NCBI GenBank assembly: GCA_963719225.1
Contig: CAVRAY010000001.1
Location: 544,001 to 608,000, forward strand
DNA length: 64,000 nt
Source of the DNA: Thermoanaerobaculia bacterium
GTDB taxonomy: Bacteria > Acidobacteriota > Thermoanaerobaculia > UBA5066
Direction: 5' to 3'
Below, piece by piece: positions 9,277 through 18,423 of the stretch; position 1 is the stretch's first letter; the number at the start of each line of letters is the position of its first letter. The translations under genes were made by a program, and so were the position numbers. Below the pieces are notes generated by a model. It worked only from the letters and a program-made list of their open reading frames with translations. It searched no databases and was not told where the DNA came from.

Positions 9277-11051
9277 CGGATCGCACGTTCGAGCGCGAGG
9301 TCCGCAACGTGATCGTCGGCGGTCTCGCGACGGTGCTTTTTCTCGCCGGGACCGCGGTCGTCGTCCTCCGGAACACCGTGGCATGGGGAGTGAGCGAAAA
9401 CCTGCGCCGCCTGACGGGGGAGACCGACGTCCTCGCGAACCGAATCGGCTCGGCACCCGACCCCGAGACGGCGCTCGTGTCTGATCCCCTCGTGGCACGC
9501 CTTCTCCGCGACGCGAACGCGCGCAGCGCCGCGATTTACGACGCGCAGGGTCGGCGCGTCGCCGATGCGCCCTTCCTCCCGGACGCGGGACTCGCGCCCG
9601 TGGCGGTGACACCGGCGGGAGGGCTGCCTTCTCTCCAGCCTCTCGTCGACGCGGCCGGCGGCGCTTCCCCCTCCATCACCGTTGCCCTTCCCGACGCGAC
9701 CCGAATGCTGCGGATCGTCTGGGACGGCACGTCGATCGCCGAAGCGCGCCGGAACGCCCGCATCCTCTCGATCGCGGTGCCCGCGGCCGCATTCGTCCTC
9801 GTCCTCCTCGTCGTGCCGTTCCTGAGGCGTCTCCTCGAACCGATCGACGCGCTCACTCAGGCCGCTCGGGGGGCCGGCGGGCTCGTCCCGGCCGTGCGTG
9901 CCGGCGGCGACGAAGCCGAGACGGCGATCGCGACGTTCCAACGGACGGTCGAGGAGCTGAAAAAACGCACCGCCGAGCTGGAAGGGCTCCGCAGCTCCGA
10001 AAAGCGGCGCGCCGACATCCTCGCGGTCACGGCCGACACTCTCGTGAGGTCGCATCCCGGCGGGCTCCTCGTCGTGGACGCCGCAGGCCGCCTGACGCAG
10101 GCGAACGTTCCGGCCCGCGAGCTCCTCGGTCTCTCCGAGGAGAGTCTCGGCTCCGCGGCCGCGGAAGCCGCGCTCGACGCGGTGCCCGCGATCCGAGAGG
10201 CGGCGCAGAGCGCTCGGGCCGGCACGCCGACGCTGTCGAAGGAGCTCGCGTTCGGAGAGGGAACCGACGCCCGCCTCGTCGAGCTCACGGCGGTCCCGAT
10301 CCTGGATTCCTCGAAGGCGGTCCTGGGCGTGCTCCTCTTCCTCGAGGACCGGACGACGACGAGGCGCCTCGAGCGCGAGCTGTCGTCCCGCCGCGAGCTG
10401 GCGGCGCTCGGCGAGATGTCGGCGGGAATCGCGCACGAGTTCCGGAACGCGACGGGAACGATCCTCGGGTGGGCGCGTCTCGCCGCGAAGACGGAGGATG
10501 CCGCTTCCCGGGCCCGCCAGCTCGAGGCGATCCAGGCGGAGGCCGAGCACGTCGCGCGCGTGACGGGCGATTTTCTCTTCTTCGGCCGGCCCGAGCGGCT
10601 CGAGGCGGGGCCGTGCGACCTGCGCGCCCTCGCGCTCGAGATCGCCGACGAGCAGCGTGCGCTGACGCCAGGCGTCGTGGTCGAGGTGATCGGAACGTTT
10701 TCCCCGGCGTTCGCCGACGCCGCTCTCGTTCGCCGCGCGCTCGTGAACCTCGTGAAGAACGCGTGCGAGGCCGCGGCGGCGGGCCCGCGCGCGGGGCGCG
10801 TGGCGCTGCGCGGCGAAGGCGAAGCGGCCGGGTTCGTCAGGATCGCCGTCGAGGACGACGGCTCAGGCGTGCCCGACGAGGCGGCGGCAAAGCTCTTCGT
10901 TCCGTTCTTCTCGACGAAGGACACGGGGACGGGGCTCGGCCTCGCCATGGTCGCGAAGATCGTCGCGCTCCACGCCGGCACGATCTCGGTGGGGCGCTCG
11001 TCGGGCCTCTCGGGGGCGCGGTTCGCGCTCGAGTTCCCCGCCGTGCCCTGA
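9273..11051 (+). CDS. Membrane sensor histidine kinase (HAMP-PAS-HisKA-HATPase), PilS/NtrB-like
   Basis: Two TM segments, PAS core GLLVVDAAGRLTQAN, H-box AHEFRN, N-box NLVKNA, DDGSG, PFFSTK, GTGLGL. Confidence 0.9.
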   Translation: MTDRTFEREVRNVIVGGLATVLFLAGTAVVVLRNTVAWGVSENLRRLTGETDVLANRIGSAPDPETALVSDPLVARLLRDANARSAAIYDAQGRRVADAPFLPDAGLAPVAVTPAGGLPSLQPLVDAAGGASPSITVALPDATRMLRIVWDGTSIAEARRNARILSIAVPAAAFVLVLLVVPFLRRLLEPIDALTQAARGAGGLVPAVRAGGDEAETAIATFQRTVEELKKRTAELEGLRSSEKRRADILAVTADTLVRSHPGGLLVVDAAGRLTQANVPARELLGLSEESLGSAAAEAALDAVPAIREAAQSARAGTPTLSKELAFGEGTDARLVELTAVPILDSSKAVLGVLLFLEDRTTTRRLERELSSRRELAALGEMSAGIAHEFRNATGTILGWARLAAKTEDAASRARQLEAIQAEAEHVARVTGDFLFFGRPERLEAGPCDLRALALEIADEQRALTPGVVVEVIGTFSPAFADAALVRRALVNLVKNACEAAAAGPRAGRVALRGEGEAAGFVRIAVEDDGSGVPDEAAAKLFVPFFSTKDTGTGLGLAMVAKIVALHAGTISVGRSSGLSGARFALEFPAVP

Positions 11052-11062
11052 ACGCGCCCGAC

Positions 11063-12202
11063 TCAGCCGGCGGCGGCGGAAGCGGCGGGCCGCGCGGCCG
11101 CCGTCTTCCTCTTCTCCACGAGGGCCTTGAACGCTTCCTTGTCGAGCGCCTTCTCGAGCGCGTCGTCCGGGTCCACCGTCGCCGCCACGACGAGGTCGGC
11201 GAGATACTGGTCCATCCCGATCATCCCGGCGTTGCGGCCCGTCTGGATGAGCGTCGTGATCATGTTCGTCTTTCCCTCGCGGATGCTGTTCGAGAGCGCG
11301 GAGGATCCGCGGAGCACCTCGAAAGCGGGAGCGCGGCCGCCCCCCTTCTTCTTCAGGAGAACCTGGGCGACGACGGCTTTCAGCACCTCGGCGAGGACGG
11401 TACGAGTCTGCTCCTGCTCCTCGGCAGGGAAGCTGTCGATGAGGCGGTCCACGGCCTTCGACGCCGAGTTCGTGTGGAGCGTCCCGAAGACGAGGAGTCC
11501 CGTCTCGGCCGCCTGAAGAGCCATCGACATCGTCTCGAGGTCGCGGAGCTCGCCGACGAGAACGACGTCCGGGTCTTCCCGGAGCGCCGCCTTCAGCGCG
11601 CCGGCGAACGTCGGCGTGTCGAAACCGAGCTCGCGGTGCGAGATCAGCGACTTCTGCGGCACGTGGAGGAACTCGACGGGATCCTCGATCGTCACGATGT
11701 GCGAAGCGCGGGTCCGGTTGATCCAGTCGAGAAGGGCCGCGAGGGTCGTGGACTTTCCCGAGCCCGTCGGGCCGGTCACGAGGACGAGGCCCCGCGGGAC
11801 GCGGGCGACGTTCGAGACGATCGGGGGCAGCCCCAGCTCCTCGATCCCGAGGACCTTCGGCGGGATCATGCGCAGGACCGCCCCCGATCCGTGCTCCTGG
11901 CGAAAGAGATTGACGCGGAAGCGCGCGATCTTGCCCATCGCGTAGGCGAAGTCGGCATCGCCCGTCTCCTGCCAGTCCTTGAAAGGCTTCTCGGGAGCGA
12001 TCGGCGCGATGAGGCTCTCGTATTCTTCCTCGGTCAGCGTGCGCCACTTGAGCCTCTGGAGATCCCCGTCCACGCGGACGATCGGCGGCGATCCCACGGC
12101 GAGATGGAGATCCGAGGCTTTCTTGTCGACGACGATCCTGAGGAGCGTGTCGATCCGGTTGATCCCCATGTCCGAGGGGGCGGGCGCGGCCGGCTTCGTC
12201 AT
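11063..12202 (-). CDS. pilT: PilT/PilU-family retraction ATPase
   Basis: ASDLHL, GPTGSGKSTT, TIEDPVE, EDPDVVLVGELRD, GTLHT. Start MTKPAAP overlaps the upstream stop. Confidence 0.92.
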   Translation of the reverse strand: MTKPAAPAPSDMGINRIDTLLRIVVDKKASDLHLAVGSPPIVRVDGDLQRLKWRTLTEEEYESLIAPIAPEKPFKDWQETGDADFAYAMGKIARFRVNLFRQEHGSGAVLRMIPPKVLGIEELGLPPIVSNVARVPRGLVLVTGPTGSGKSTTLAALLDWINRTRASHIVTIEDPVEFLHVPQKSLISHRELGFDTPTFAGALKAALREDPDVVLVGELRDLETMSMALQAAETGLLVFGTLHTNSASKAVDRLIDSFPAEEQEQTRTVLAEVLKAVVAQVLLKKKGGGRAPAFEVLRGSSALSNSIREGKTNMITTLIQTGRNAGMIGMDQYLADLVVAATVDPDDALEKALDKEAFKALVEKRKTAAARPAASAAAG

Positions 12203-14724
12203 TCGAGGGCCTGCTTCTCGTCGGCGATGAGCTTCTCGAAAGGCTCCTTCTTGAGCGCTTTCTCGACGGCGATCTCGGGGTCGACCTTCCCGTCCTCGCA
12301 GAGCTTCTGGAGCGACTGGTCCATGGTCATCATGCCGGCCATCTGGCCCGTCTGGAGCTGGGACGGGAGCTGATGCGTCTTGCCTTCTCGAATCAGCGAC
12401 GCCACCGCTGCGGTCGAGCGGAGGATCTCGAAGGCGGCGACGCGACCCGCGAATCCTCGACGCGGAAGGAGGACCTGGGAGACGACCGCCTTCAGCGAAT
12501 CCGAGAGCATCACGCGCACCTGTCCCTGCTGCCCGGCGGGGAACGAGCTGATGATACGGTCGATCGTCGCGGGCGCGTTCGTCGTGTGAAGGGTGCCGAG
12601 CACGAGGTGGCCCGTCTCCGAGGCCGTGATCGCGAGCGCGATCGTCTCGAGATCGCGCATTTCGCCCACGAGGATGACGTCCGGGTCCTCGCGAAGGGCC
12701 GCCTTGAGCGCCCGCGCGAACGAGGCCGTGTGGTGAGGAACCTGGCGCTGGTTCACCATCGCTTCCTTGTTCGGGTGGACGAACTCCACGGGATCCTCGA
12801 CCGTGATGATGTGGCAGGGACGCGTCTCGTTGATGCGGTCGATCAGCGCGGCGAGCGTCGTGGACTTTCCGCATCCGGACGAGCCCGTCACGAGGACGAG
12901 GCCCTGCGAAAACTTGAGGACGTCCGACAGGGACGGGGGAAGTCCGATCTCCTCGATCGTCGGAATGGTCTTCGGCACGAGCCGGAAGCAGGCGTCGAAC
13001 CCCCCGCGCTGGGAGTAGAAGTTCGCGCGGAAGCGCCCAAGCCCCGGGAGCTTCAGGCAGACGTCGATCTGCCTTTCGCGCTCGAGCCGCTTCCACTCGG
13101 TCTCGTCGAGCACTTCCCGGATGAGCTGGGTGGCGCGCGCACGCGTCATCGGCGGCGCGTCCACCGGCTCGAGCATGCCCTGCATCCGACGGTGCGGGAC
13201 GAATCCGGTCGCGAGATGGAGGTCCGAGGCTCCGCGCTGGACCATGTCGGCCAGGTACTCGACGAGCCGCGCGTTCTGGTTGCCGGCCAGCTCGACGGTG
13301 GCCACTTCCTGCTCGATCTCGGGGAGGGCGTCGCGCGCGTCGTCGCCCATGAGCCTGCCGACGAGGCGGCGGGCCCGCTCCCTCACCGCCTGGTCGAGCT
13401 GCGCCATCTGGACGACCCTCGAGCAGATCGTGACGACCTGCTGCTGGACGCGCGCCTCGGCCACGGCGAGCTTTCCCATCGCGTCGAGGATCTCCATCTG
13501 GACGTCGGGACGCGTGACGGCGCCCTTGAACGCGTCGAGAAGCGGCTGCGCGGCGCGTGCGTCGGCGAGCTCCCCGAGCGCGGAGGCCGCCGCGATGACG
13601 ACCTCGGGATCCTTGAGAGCCTGGAGGAGGCGCGCGAGGACCTGATCGTTTCCCTGTCCGGTTCGCCCCAGCGTCTCGATGGCGCGCGTCCTCACCCAGA
13701 GGTCGGGATCGTCGACGAGCTTGATCCACACGGGAAGAGCCTTGGCGTCATTGAGCGCGAGCGTCATCTCCGAAGCGGCCTTCGCGAACGCGGGATCCGC
13801 GTCCCTCGTGAGCAGGAGAAGGGCGTTCACGAAGCCGGGGAGGCCGTCCCGGGCGGCCTCGACGGCGCGGTCCCTCACCCAGACGAAGGCGCCGCGGAAG
13901 TGCTCGAGGATCCGGCGCGCGAGGAGCTCCGGTGCGTAGGGCATGAGGAGGTTCACGGCGCCGTGTCGCACGATGGCGTTCCCGTCCGCAAGAAGGGGAA
14001 CGATCTCGGGCGTGTGGTCCTGCTTGGCCGTCGTGAGGAGTCGCTTGAGGGCCGAGAAAGACGCTTCCGCCACGCGTCCTCCGCCCGTCCGCGCCATCTG
14101 GAGGACGTCGGGGAAGTAGCTCTCGTTCGGGTTCTTCTCGAGGACCGCGAGGGCCGAGTAGCGGATCTCCTCGTTCTCGTCCTGAAGCAGCGGGACGGCG
14201 AGGCTCGCCGCCACGGCCGCGCTGCCCTCGAACGTCATCTCGCCCACCGCTTTGAGGGCGCGCGCGCGCACGGCGGGATTGGACGCGGTGAGCACGCGGC
14301 GCGCGATGTCGAACGACGCTTCGGCGGGAAGCTCTTTGGCGAGCTCGAGGGCGGCGAGACGGGCGAAGTCGTCCCCCCGCGATCCGATCTCCTGCAGGAA
14401 CGGCCCGAGCTGCGGACCCGCGAGCTCCTTGAGGAAACGCATGACGGCGCGCCGCACGGCTTCCGAACGCGTCTTCAGGAGCGGAACGAGCGCCTCGAGG
14501 CCGGCACGATCGCGCCGCCGCCTGAGAATGGCGAGGCCTGCCGCCCGGATCTCGGGAATCGGCTCGAGCGCCGTCCAGACGAGCCACTCGACGTCCGGCT
14601 TGGTGATGGCGTAGAACTTCTCGAGGAGCTCTCTCTTTTGCTCCTCGCTCGTCCACTTGTGTTCCCGAAGCTGGGCGACGACGGCAGGCTCCGACCGCAG
14701 GCCGCGCAGCTTCTCGAGAACCAT
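12199..14724 (-). CDS. HEAT-repeat-PilT ATPase fusion
   Basis: About 480 aa of HEAT-like repeats, then ASDLHL, GSSGCGKSTT, EDPDVILVGEMRD, TGHLVLGTLH. GGAGAGG RBS before the ATG at 14724. Confidence 0.9.
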   Translation of the reverse strand: MVLEKLRGLRSEPAVVAQLREHKWTSEEQKRELLEKFYAITKPDVEWLVWTALEPIPEIRAAGLAILRRRRDRAGLEALVPLLKTRSEAVRRAVMRFLKELAGPQLGPFLQEIGSRGDDFARLAALELAKELPAEASFDIARRVLTASNPAVRARALKAVGEMTFEGSAAVAASLAVPLLQDENEEIRYSALAVLEKNPNESYFPDVLQMARTGGGRVAEASFSALKRLLTTAKQDHTPEIVPLLADGNAIVRHGAVNLLMPYAPELLARRILEHFRGAFVWVRDRAVEAARDGLPGFVNALLLLTRDADPAFAKAASEMTLALNDAKALPVWIKLVDDPDLWVRTRAIETLGRTGQGNDQVLARLLQALKDPEVVIAAASALGELADARAAQPLLDAFKGAVTRPDVQMEILDAMGKLAVAEARVQQQVVTICSRVVQMAQLDQAVRERARRLVGRLMGDDARDALPEIEQEVATVELAGNQNARLVEYLADMVQRGASDLHLATGFVPHRRMQGMLEPVDAPPMTRARATQLIREVLDETEWKRLERERQIDVCLKLPGLGRFRANFYSQRGGFDACFRLVPKTIPTIEEIGLPPSLSDVLKFSQGLVLVTGSSGCGKSTTLAALIDRINETRPCHIITVEDPVEFVHPNKEAMVNQRQVPHHTASFARALKAALREDPDVILVGEMRDLETIALAITASETGHLVLGTLHTTNAPATIDRIISSFPAGQQGQVRVMLSDSLKAVVSQVLLPRRGFAGRVAAFEILRSTAAVASLIREGKTHQLPSQLQTGQMAGMMTMDQSLQKLCEDGKVDPEIAVEKALKKEPFEKLIADEKQALE

Positions 14725-14813
14725 CAGCCCCTCTCCATGGTCCGCTATCGTAGCTCGCGCGCAGCGGGCTGCGCCCGCGCCCGGAGAAGGGGCGCGCGAG
14801 CATCTGCCATTTC

Positions 14814-14842
14814 GCAGGGAAACCCCGCCCGGGTTTCCCTGC
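14814..14842. repeat. Perfect 12-bp inverted repeat in the divergent intergenic region
   Basis: GCAGGGAAACCC-CGCCC-GGGTTTCCCTGC. Confidence 0.85.
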
Positions 14843-15033
14843 ACCTTTCCTCGCGCCGGAGACACGTTTGATTACCCGCCGTTCGGTGTCGGTGCTCGCC
14901 GGGAATCGTCCGCCACCGGTCAGCGTGTGTTACGAAATGTGTCGATTCGATCGACGCATTCGCTCTGGACCTGAGGGGGGACTACGGGTATAAGATCCCT
15001 GCCACGAGTCGTTTGGCTGTCAGAATCGGATTG

Positions 15034-15049
15034 CGGCACGGACCTCGCT
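15034..15049 (+). promoter_or_regulatory. Putative sigma-54 promoter of the minor pilin operon
   Basis: CGGCACG-GACC-TCGCT with correct GG/GC spacing; upstream dyad at 14936-14960. Confidence 0.5.
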
Positions 15050-15067
15050 TTGGAAAGGCGGATCTCC

Positions 15068-15845
15068 ATGATGAGCGTTACGCTTCCGCTTGCCAGTCCC
15101 CCTCACCCGGCGCCCTCGCGTTCCGCGAGAGGATCGAGAGGATCGAGAGGATTCAGCCTCGTCGAGATGCTCGCGGTCGTCGCGATCCTAGGGATCATCG
15201 CCATCCTCGGCGGAGGCGAGATCTCCGAGGGCCTGGAAGCGCCAGAAGGTGCAGAGCGCCTCCACCGACATCAAGGTCCTGCTGCAGAGGGCGCTCCCGG
15301 AGATGCAGCGCCGGAACATGCGCACGTTCATCCAGGTCGGTCCCTTCACCACCGCGGGCGGGGCGCAGTGGATGCCGATATTCCTCGTGGGCGACGCGGA
15401 TGGGGACGGCGTCCTCTCCTGCTTCGCGAATCCGCCGACAGTGGCGTGTCCGGACCTCCTCATCTCGCAATACGACATCATCGTGGTGGGCAAGACCGGC
15501 ACGAAGGGGACGACGGGCGTGGACCAGGAGTTCAGCCTCTCCGACCTTGGCTTGAACCAGGTCGCGTCCACGCTCTGGTCGGACAACACGACGAACTGGC
15601 TCAATCCGCGCGTCCTCATGTGCGACTTCCAGGGGCGTGCCATCGACGTCCTGACGGGCCGGCAGATCGCAGGTCCCGCGACGATCGTTCTCACGCACGT
15701 GAACGTCGTCACCGGGGGCCTGAACCCCCTGACGCGTTACGTGATCAGCGTCAACCCGGTCTGGAGCGTCCGCGTCGCGAAGCAGACCACGGCGGGCCCG
15801 TTCCCGATCACGGCGGCGAACGTGTGGATGACCCAAAATGGCTGA
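15068..15845 (+). CDS. FimT/GspH-like minor pilin (one frameshift near 15227)
   Basis: RG|FSLVEMLAVVAILGII in one frame; removing one base continues as ISRAWKRQKVQSASTDIK into the 15249 ORF. Confidence 0.8.
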
Positions 15846-16392
15846 GCGCGGCGCCCGGCGCGCGCGCCGGACCGGCGCATCCTCCCGTCGTGGCAGCAGC
15901 TTCGTCGAAGTGCTTCTCGCCATGACCATCATGGCCCTCGTGCTCGTGGGCATCCTCCAGATGTTCTCGGTTTCGCTTCTGATCAACAAGGGTGCCGCGG
16001 CGCGCACGCAGATGCTCTTCAAGTGCCAGCAGGTCGTCGAGAACATCCGCTGGTATTACTACGTGACGTCGCACAGCCTCGCGACGCCGCTCACGACGGG
16101 CATCCCTGCGCTGGGCGCGACCACGGTGAACCTGCCGTACGACGGGACAGAGGCCGAATACCCTTACTGGGGTCCGACCGGAGCGAACGTGATCGAGAGG
16201 CCCAACGGCCCGTACAAGATCAGCTACACGATCGTCAACGACGCGGCGCAGACGCTGAACAGCGGCGTCAACGTCTGGGTGATCACGGTTTCCGCGGTGC
16301 CGACGGACGTCGCCGGCGCCACGCGCTACCTGGGAATCGGCACGAACGGCGGCGGCAAGAGAGTGGACTATGTGGCGCAATTCACGCAGTAA
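15838..16392 (+). CDS. PilV-like minor pilin
   Basis: RRG|SSFVEVLLAMTIMAL with E5; position in the cluster. Confidence 0.8.
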   Translation: MAERGARRARRTGASSRRGSSFVEVLLAMTIMALVLVGILQMFSVSLLINKGAAARTQMLFKCQQVVENIRWYYYVTSHSLATPLTTGIPALGATTVNLPYDGTEAEYPYWGPTGANVIERPNGPYKISYTIVNDAAQTLNSGVNVWVITVSAVPTDVAGATRYLGIGTNGGGKRVDYVAQFTQ

Positions 16393-17776
16393 CGAGCCGC
16401 GACTTCGCGACGAGCGGCGCCGCCGTCCGTCCCGGGGATTCACGCTTCTCGAGGCGATGGTCTCGCTGCTGCTCCTCGTGATCGTCCTCGTCGTGGCGAT
16501 GACGATGCTCTTCCAGATGCGCGCCTTCGCGGAGCGGCAGCAGTACTTCATGCTCCCCCGCCAGGCGGCGCGCCGGGCCGCCGATTACCTCTCGTTCTAT
16601 TTCGCCGGCGCGTCCGACATCAACTACATCGATGCCACGCATCCGAGCCCGAACGCGCTGATCATGTCTTACAACCTGAACGGAGTCCTGACGCAGGCGT
16701 CGTACAACAACCTCACGGGAGTCGGCGCCGACGAGCCGGGAAACGCCGTGCTGCCGGCGAGCGGCCTCAGGCCGGCGAACACCTCGACCCGGTTCGGCGA
16801 CATTGGAACCGACGTCATCACGATGGTGAGCCCGTTCAGTCCCGGCCGGTACCAGGTCTTCGCGCCGTTTCCGGCCCTCGGTCCTGGCGTCGACCTGTGG
16901 TTCAACTACCGGGTCGCCTGCGGCCCCGGGCCCTTCAACGCCGCGACGGACGCCGCGAACCTGGCGTCCTTCAAGGCCGACACGGGTTTCGACGGGGCAC
17001 AGAGCACCCTGCTGATGCTCGTCGACCGGAACGGCAACTGGTCGTACGTGCGCATCCCGGCCGCGGGCTATCAGACGGACGGAACCTGCGCGGACGTGGC
17101 CACGTTCAAGAACATCCACGTGACGGTCGATACGGCCTCGGCGACGCTTCCCTCGGCCCCGAACCCGACCGGAGCCGTGGTCTCACCCTTCGTGGATCCC
17201 GTTTACCTCGTCACCGGCCTCCAGGTCATCTCCTTCCGCATCCTCACGGACGACGTCGATGGCCTTCCGAAGCTGCAGCAGAAGCTCGGGCTTTTCGATC
17301 CGGCGACGGACAACCCGGGGAACGCCTTCACGAACGTCATGGAGAACGTCGAAGACCTGCAGGTCGCGTACATGTTCTCGCAGAATGCCGCCGTCGGAAC
17401 GGGAGACAACCCGCTCGTCTGGAACTCGGCCTCGCAGACGATCGACCAGGGCTGCCCGGGGCCGGGGTGCAACATTCCCTTCCAGGCGGGGCCGAGCGGG
17501 GCGCCTCCCGCGCTCGACATCTCGAACGTGATCGGGGTGCGGGTCTCGGTCACCGGGCGCTCGCCGCTCCTGCCGCTCGCGGCCCAGCAAATCACGAACG
17601 TGCGCGCCAATGACGCGCTCTCGGCAAACCCCCTCGACACCCCGAACCAGCACTTCCGCCCGCTCTCCGAGGACCACGCCATCACGATCGTGGCCGGAAA
17701 GCCGCAGTACGACCTGTTCGACCACTATCGCGCGACCGCCACGCTCCTTCTTCGCAACCGGATTCCGAGGGGATGA
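16370..17776 (+). CDS. PilW-like minor pilin
   Basis: RG|FTLLEAMV; ENVEDLQVAY; C-terminal GVRVSVTGRS...LLLRN. Confidence 0.85.
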   Translation: MWRNSRSNEPRLRDERRRRPSRGFTLLEAMVSLLLLVIVLVVAMTMLFQMRAFAERQQYFMLPRQAARRAADYLSFYFAGASDINYIDATHPSPNALIMSYNLNGVLTQASYNNLTGVGADEPGNAVLPASGLRPANTSTRFGDIGTDVITMVSPFSPGRYQVFAPFPALGPGVDLWFNYRVACGPGPFNAATDAANLASFKADTGFDGAQSTLLMLVDRNGNWSYVRIPAAGYQTDGTCADVATFKNIHVTVDTASATLPSAPNPTGAVVSPFVDPVYLVTGLQVISFRILTDDVDGLPKLQQKLGLFDPATDNPGNAFTNVMENVEDLQVAYMFSQNAAVGTGDNPLVWNSASQTIDQGCPGPGCNIPFQAGPSGAPPALDISNVIGVRVSVTGRSPLLPLAAQQITNVRANDALSANPLDTPNQHFRPLSEDHAITIVAGKPQYDLFDHYRATATLLLRNRIPRG

Positions 17777-18411
17777 TGAGAGAACGCGGCAGCGCCCTCG
17801 TCTCGGTGATCCTCGTCCTCCTCGTCCTGACGATCGTGGGCGTCGGCATCGCGTACTTCACGTCCATGGAGGACCGCCTCTCGGGGAACACGCGCATCAC
17901 GAAGGCGGGCTTCTACGCGGCGGACGCCGGCCTGAGGCGGGGCGAAGAGCTCCTCACGGAGGTCATCACGCTCGACCCGACGACCTGCGGCGCCCAGAGT
18001 CTCTCGGCTCTCCTCCTGGCGCGCACACCACCGGTCCTCAAGGTGCCCGGCGGCGGGTACGACGCCCAGGTGCTGGACCTCTCGACGACCGCGAACGTCG
18101 CCTGCCTCGGGCTGGACCGCCGGGCCTACCTGAACGTCCCGATCCCGCCGCCCGCCGGAGTCTCCGTCGTGGATCAGGTCTCGTACTCGCTCTACCTCCG
18201 CAACAACGTGGACGACGCGTCGGGCACGGACGTCCTCGACAGCGACAACATCATCAACCTCGTCTCGGTCGGAACGGTGCGGCTCACGGCCGGCGTCGTC
18301 GTGACGAAGATCGTCGAAGAACAGCTCCTCCTGACGGCGGGCGGCAGCTCGACCGGAGCCCAGAAAGACGTGAACGCCGGCGGAACGAACACCATCACCG
18401 GAAGCACGTGA
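17773..18411 (+). CDS. PilX-like minor pilin
   Basis: ERG|[14 protein letters not shown] lacking E5; FYAADAGL. Confidence 0.85.
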   Translation: MMRERGSALVSVILVLLVLTIVGVGIAYFTSMEDRLSGNTRITKAGFYAADAGLRRGEELLTEVITLDPTTCGAQSLSALLLARTPPVLKVPGGGYDAQVLDLSTTANVACLGLDRRAYLNVPIPPPAGVSVVDQVSYSLYLRNNVDDASGTDVLDSDNIINLVSVGTVRLTAGVVVTKIVEEQLLLTAGGSSTGAQKDVNAGGTNTITGST

Positions 18412-18423
18412 TCGGATGACATC

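Noticed and set aside
15220-15235. Phase-variable frameshift in the FimT-like pilin
   Set aside because: A single extra base with no long homopolymer; similar errors occur elsewhere in the window.
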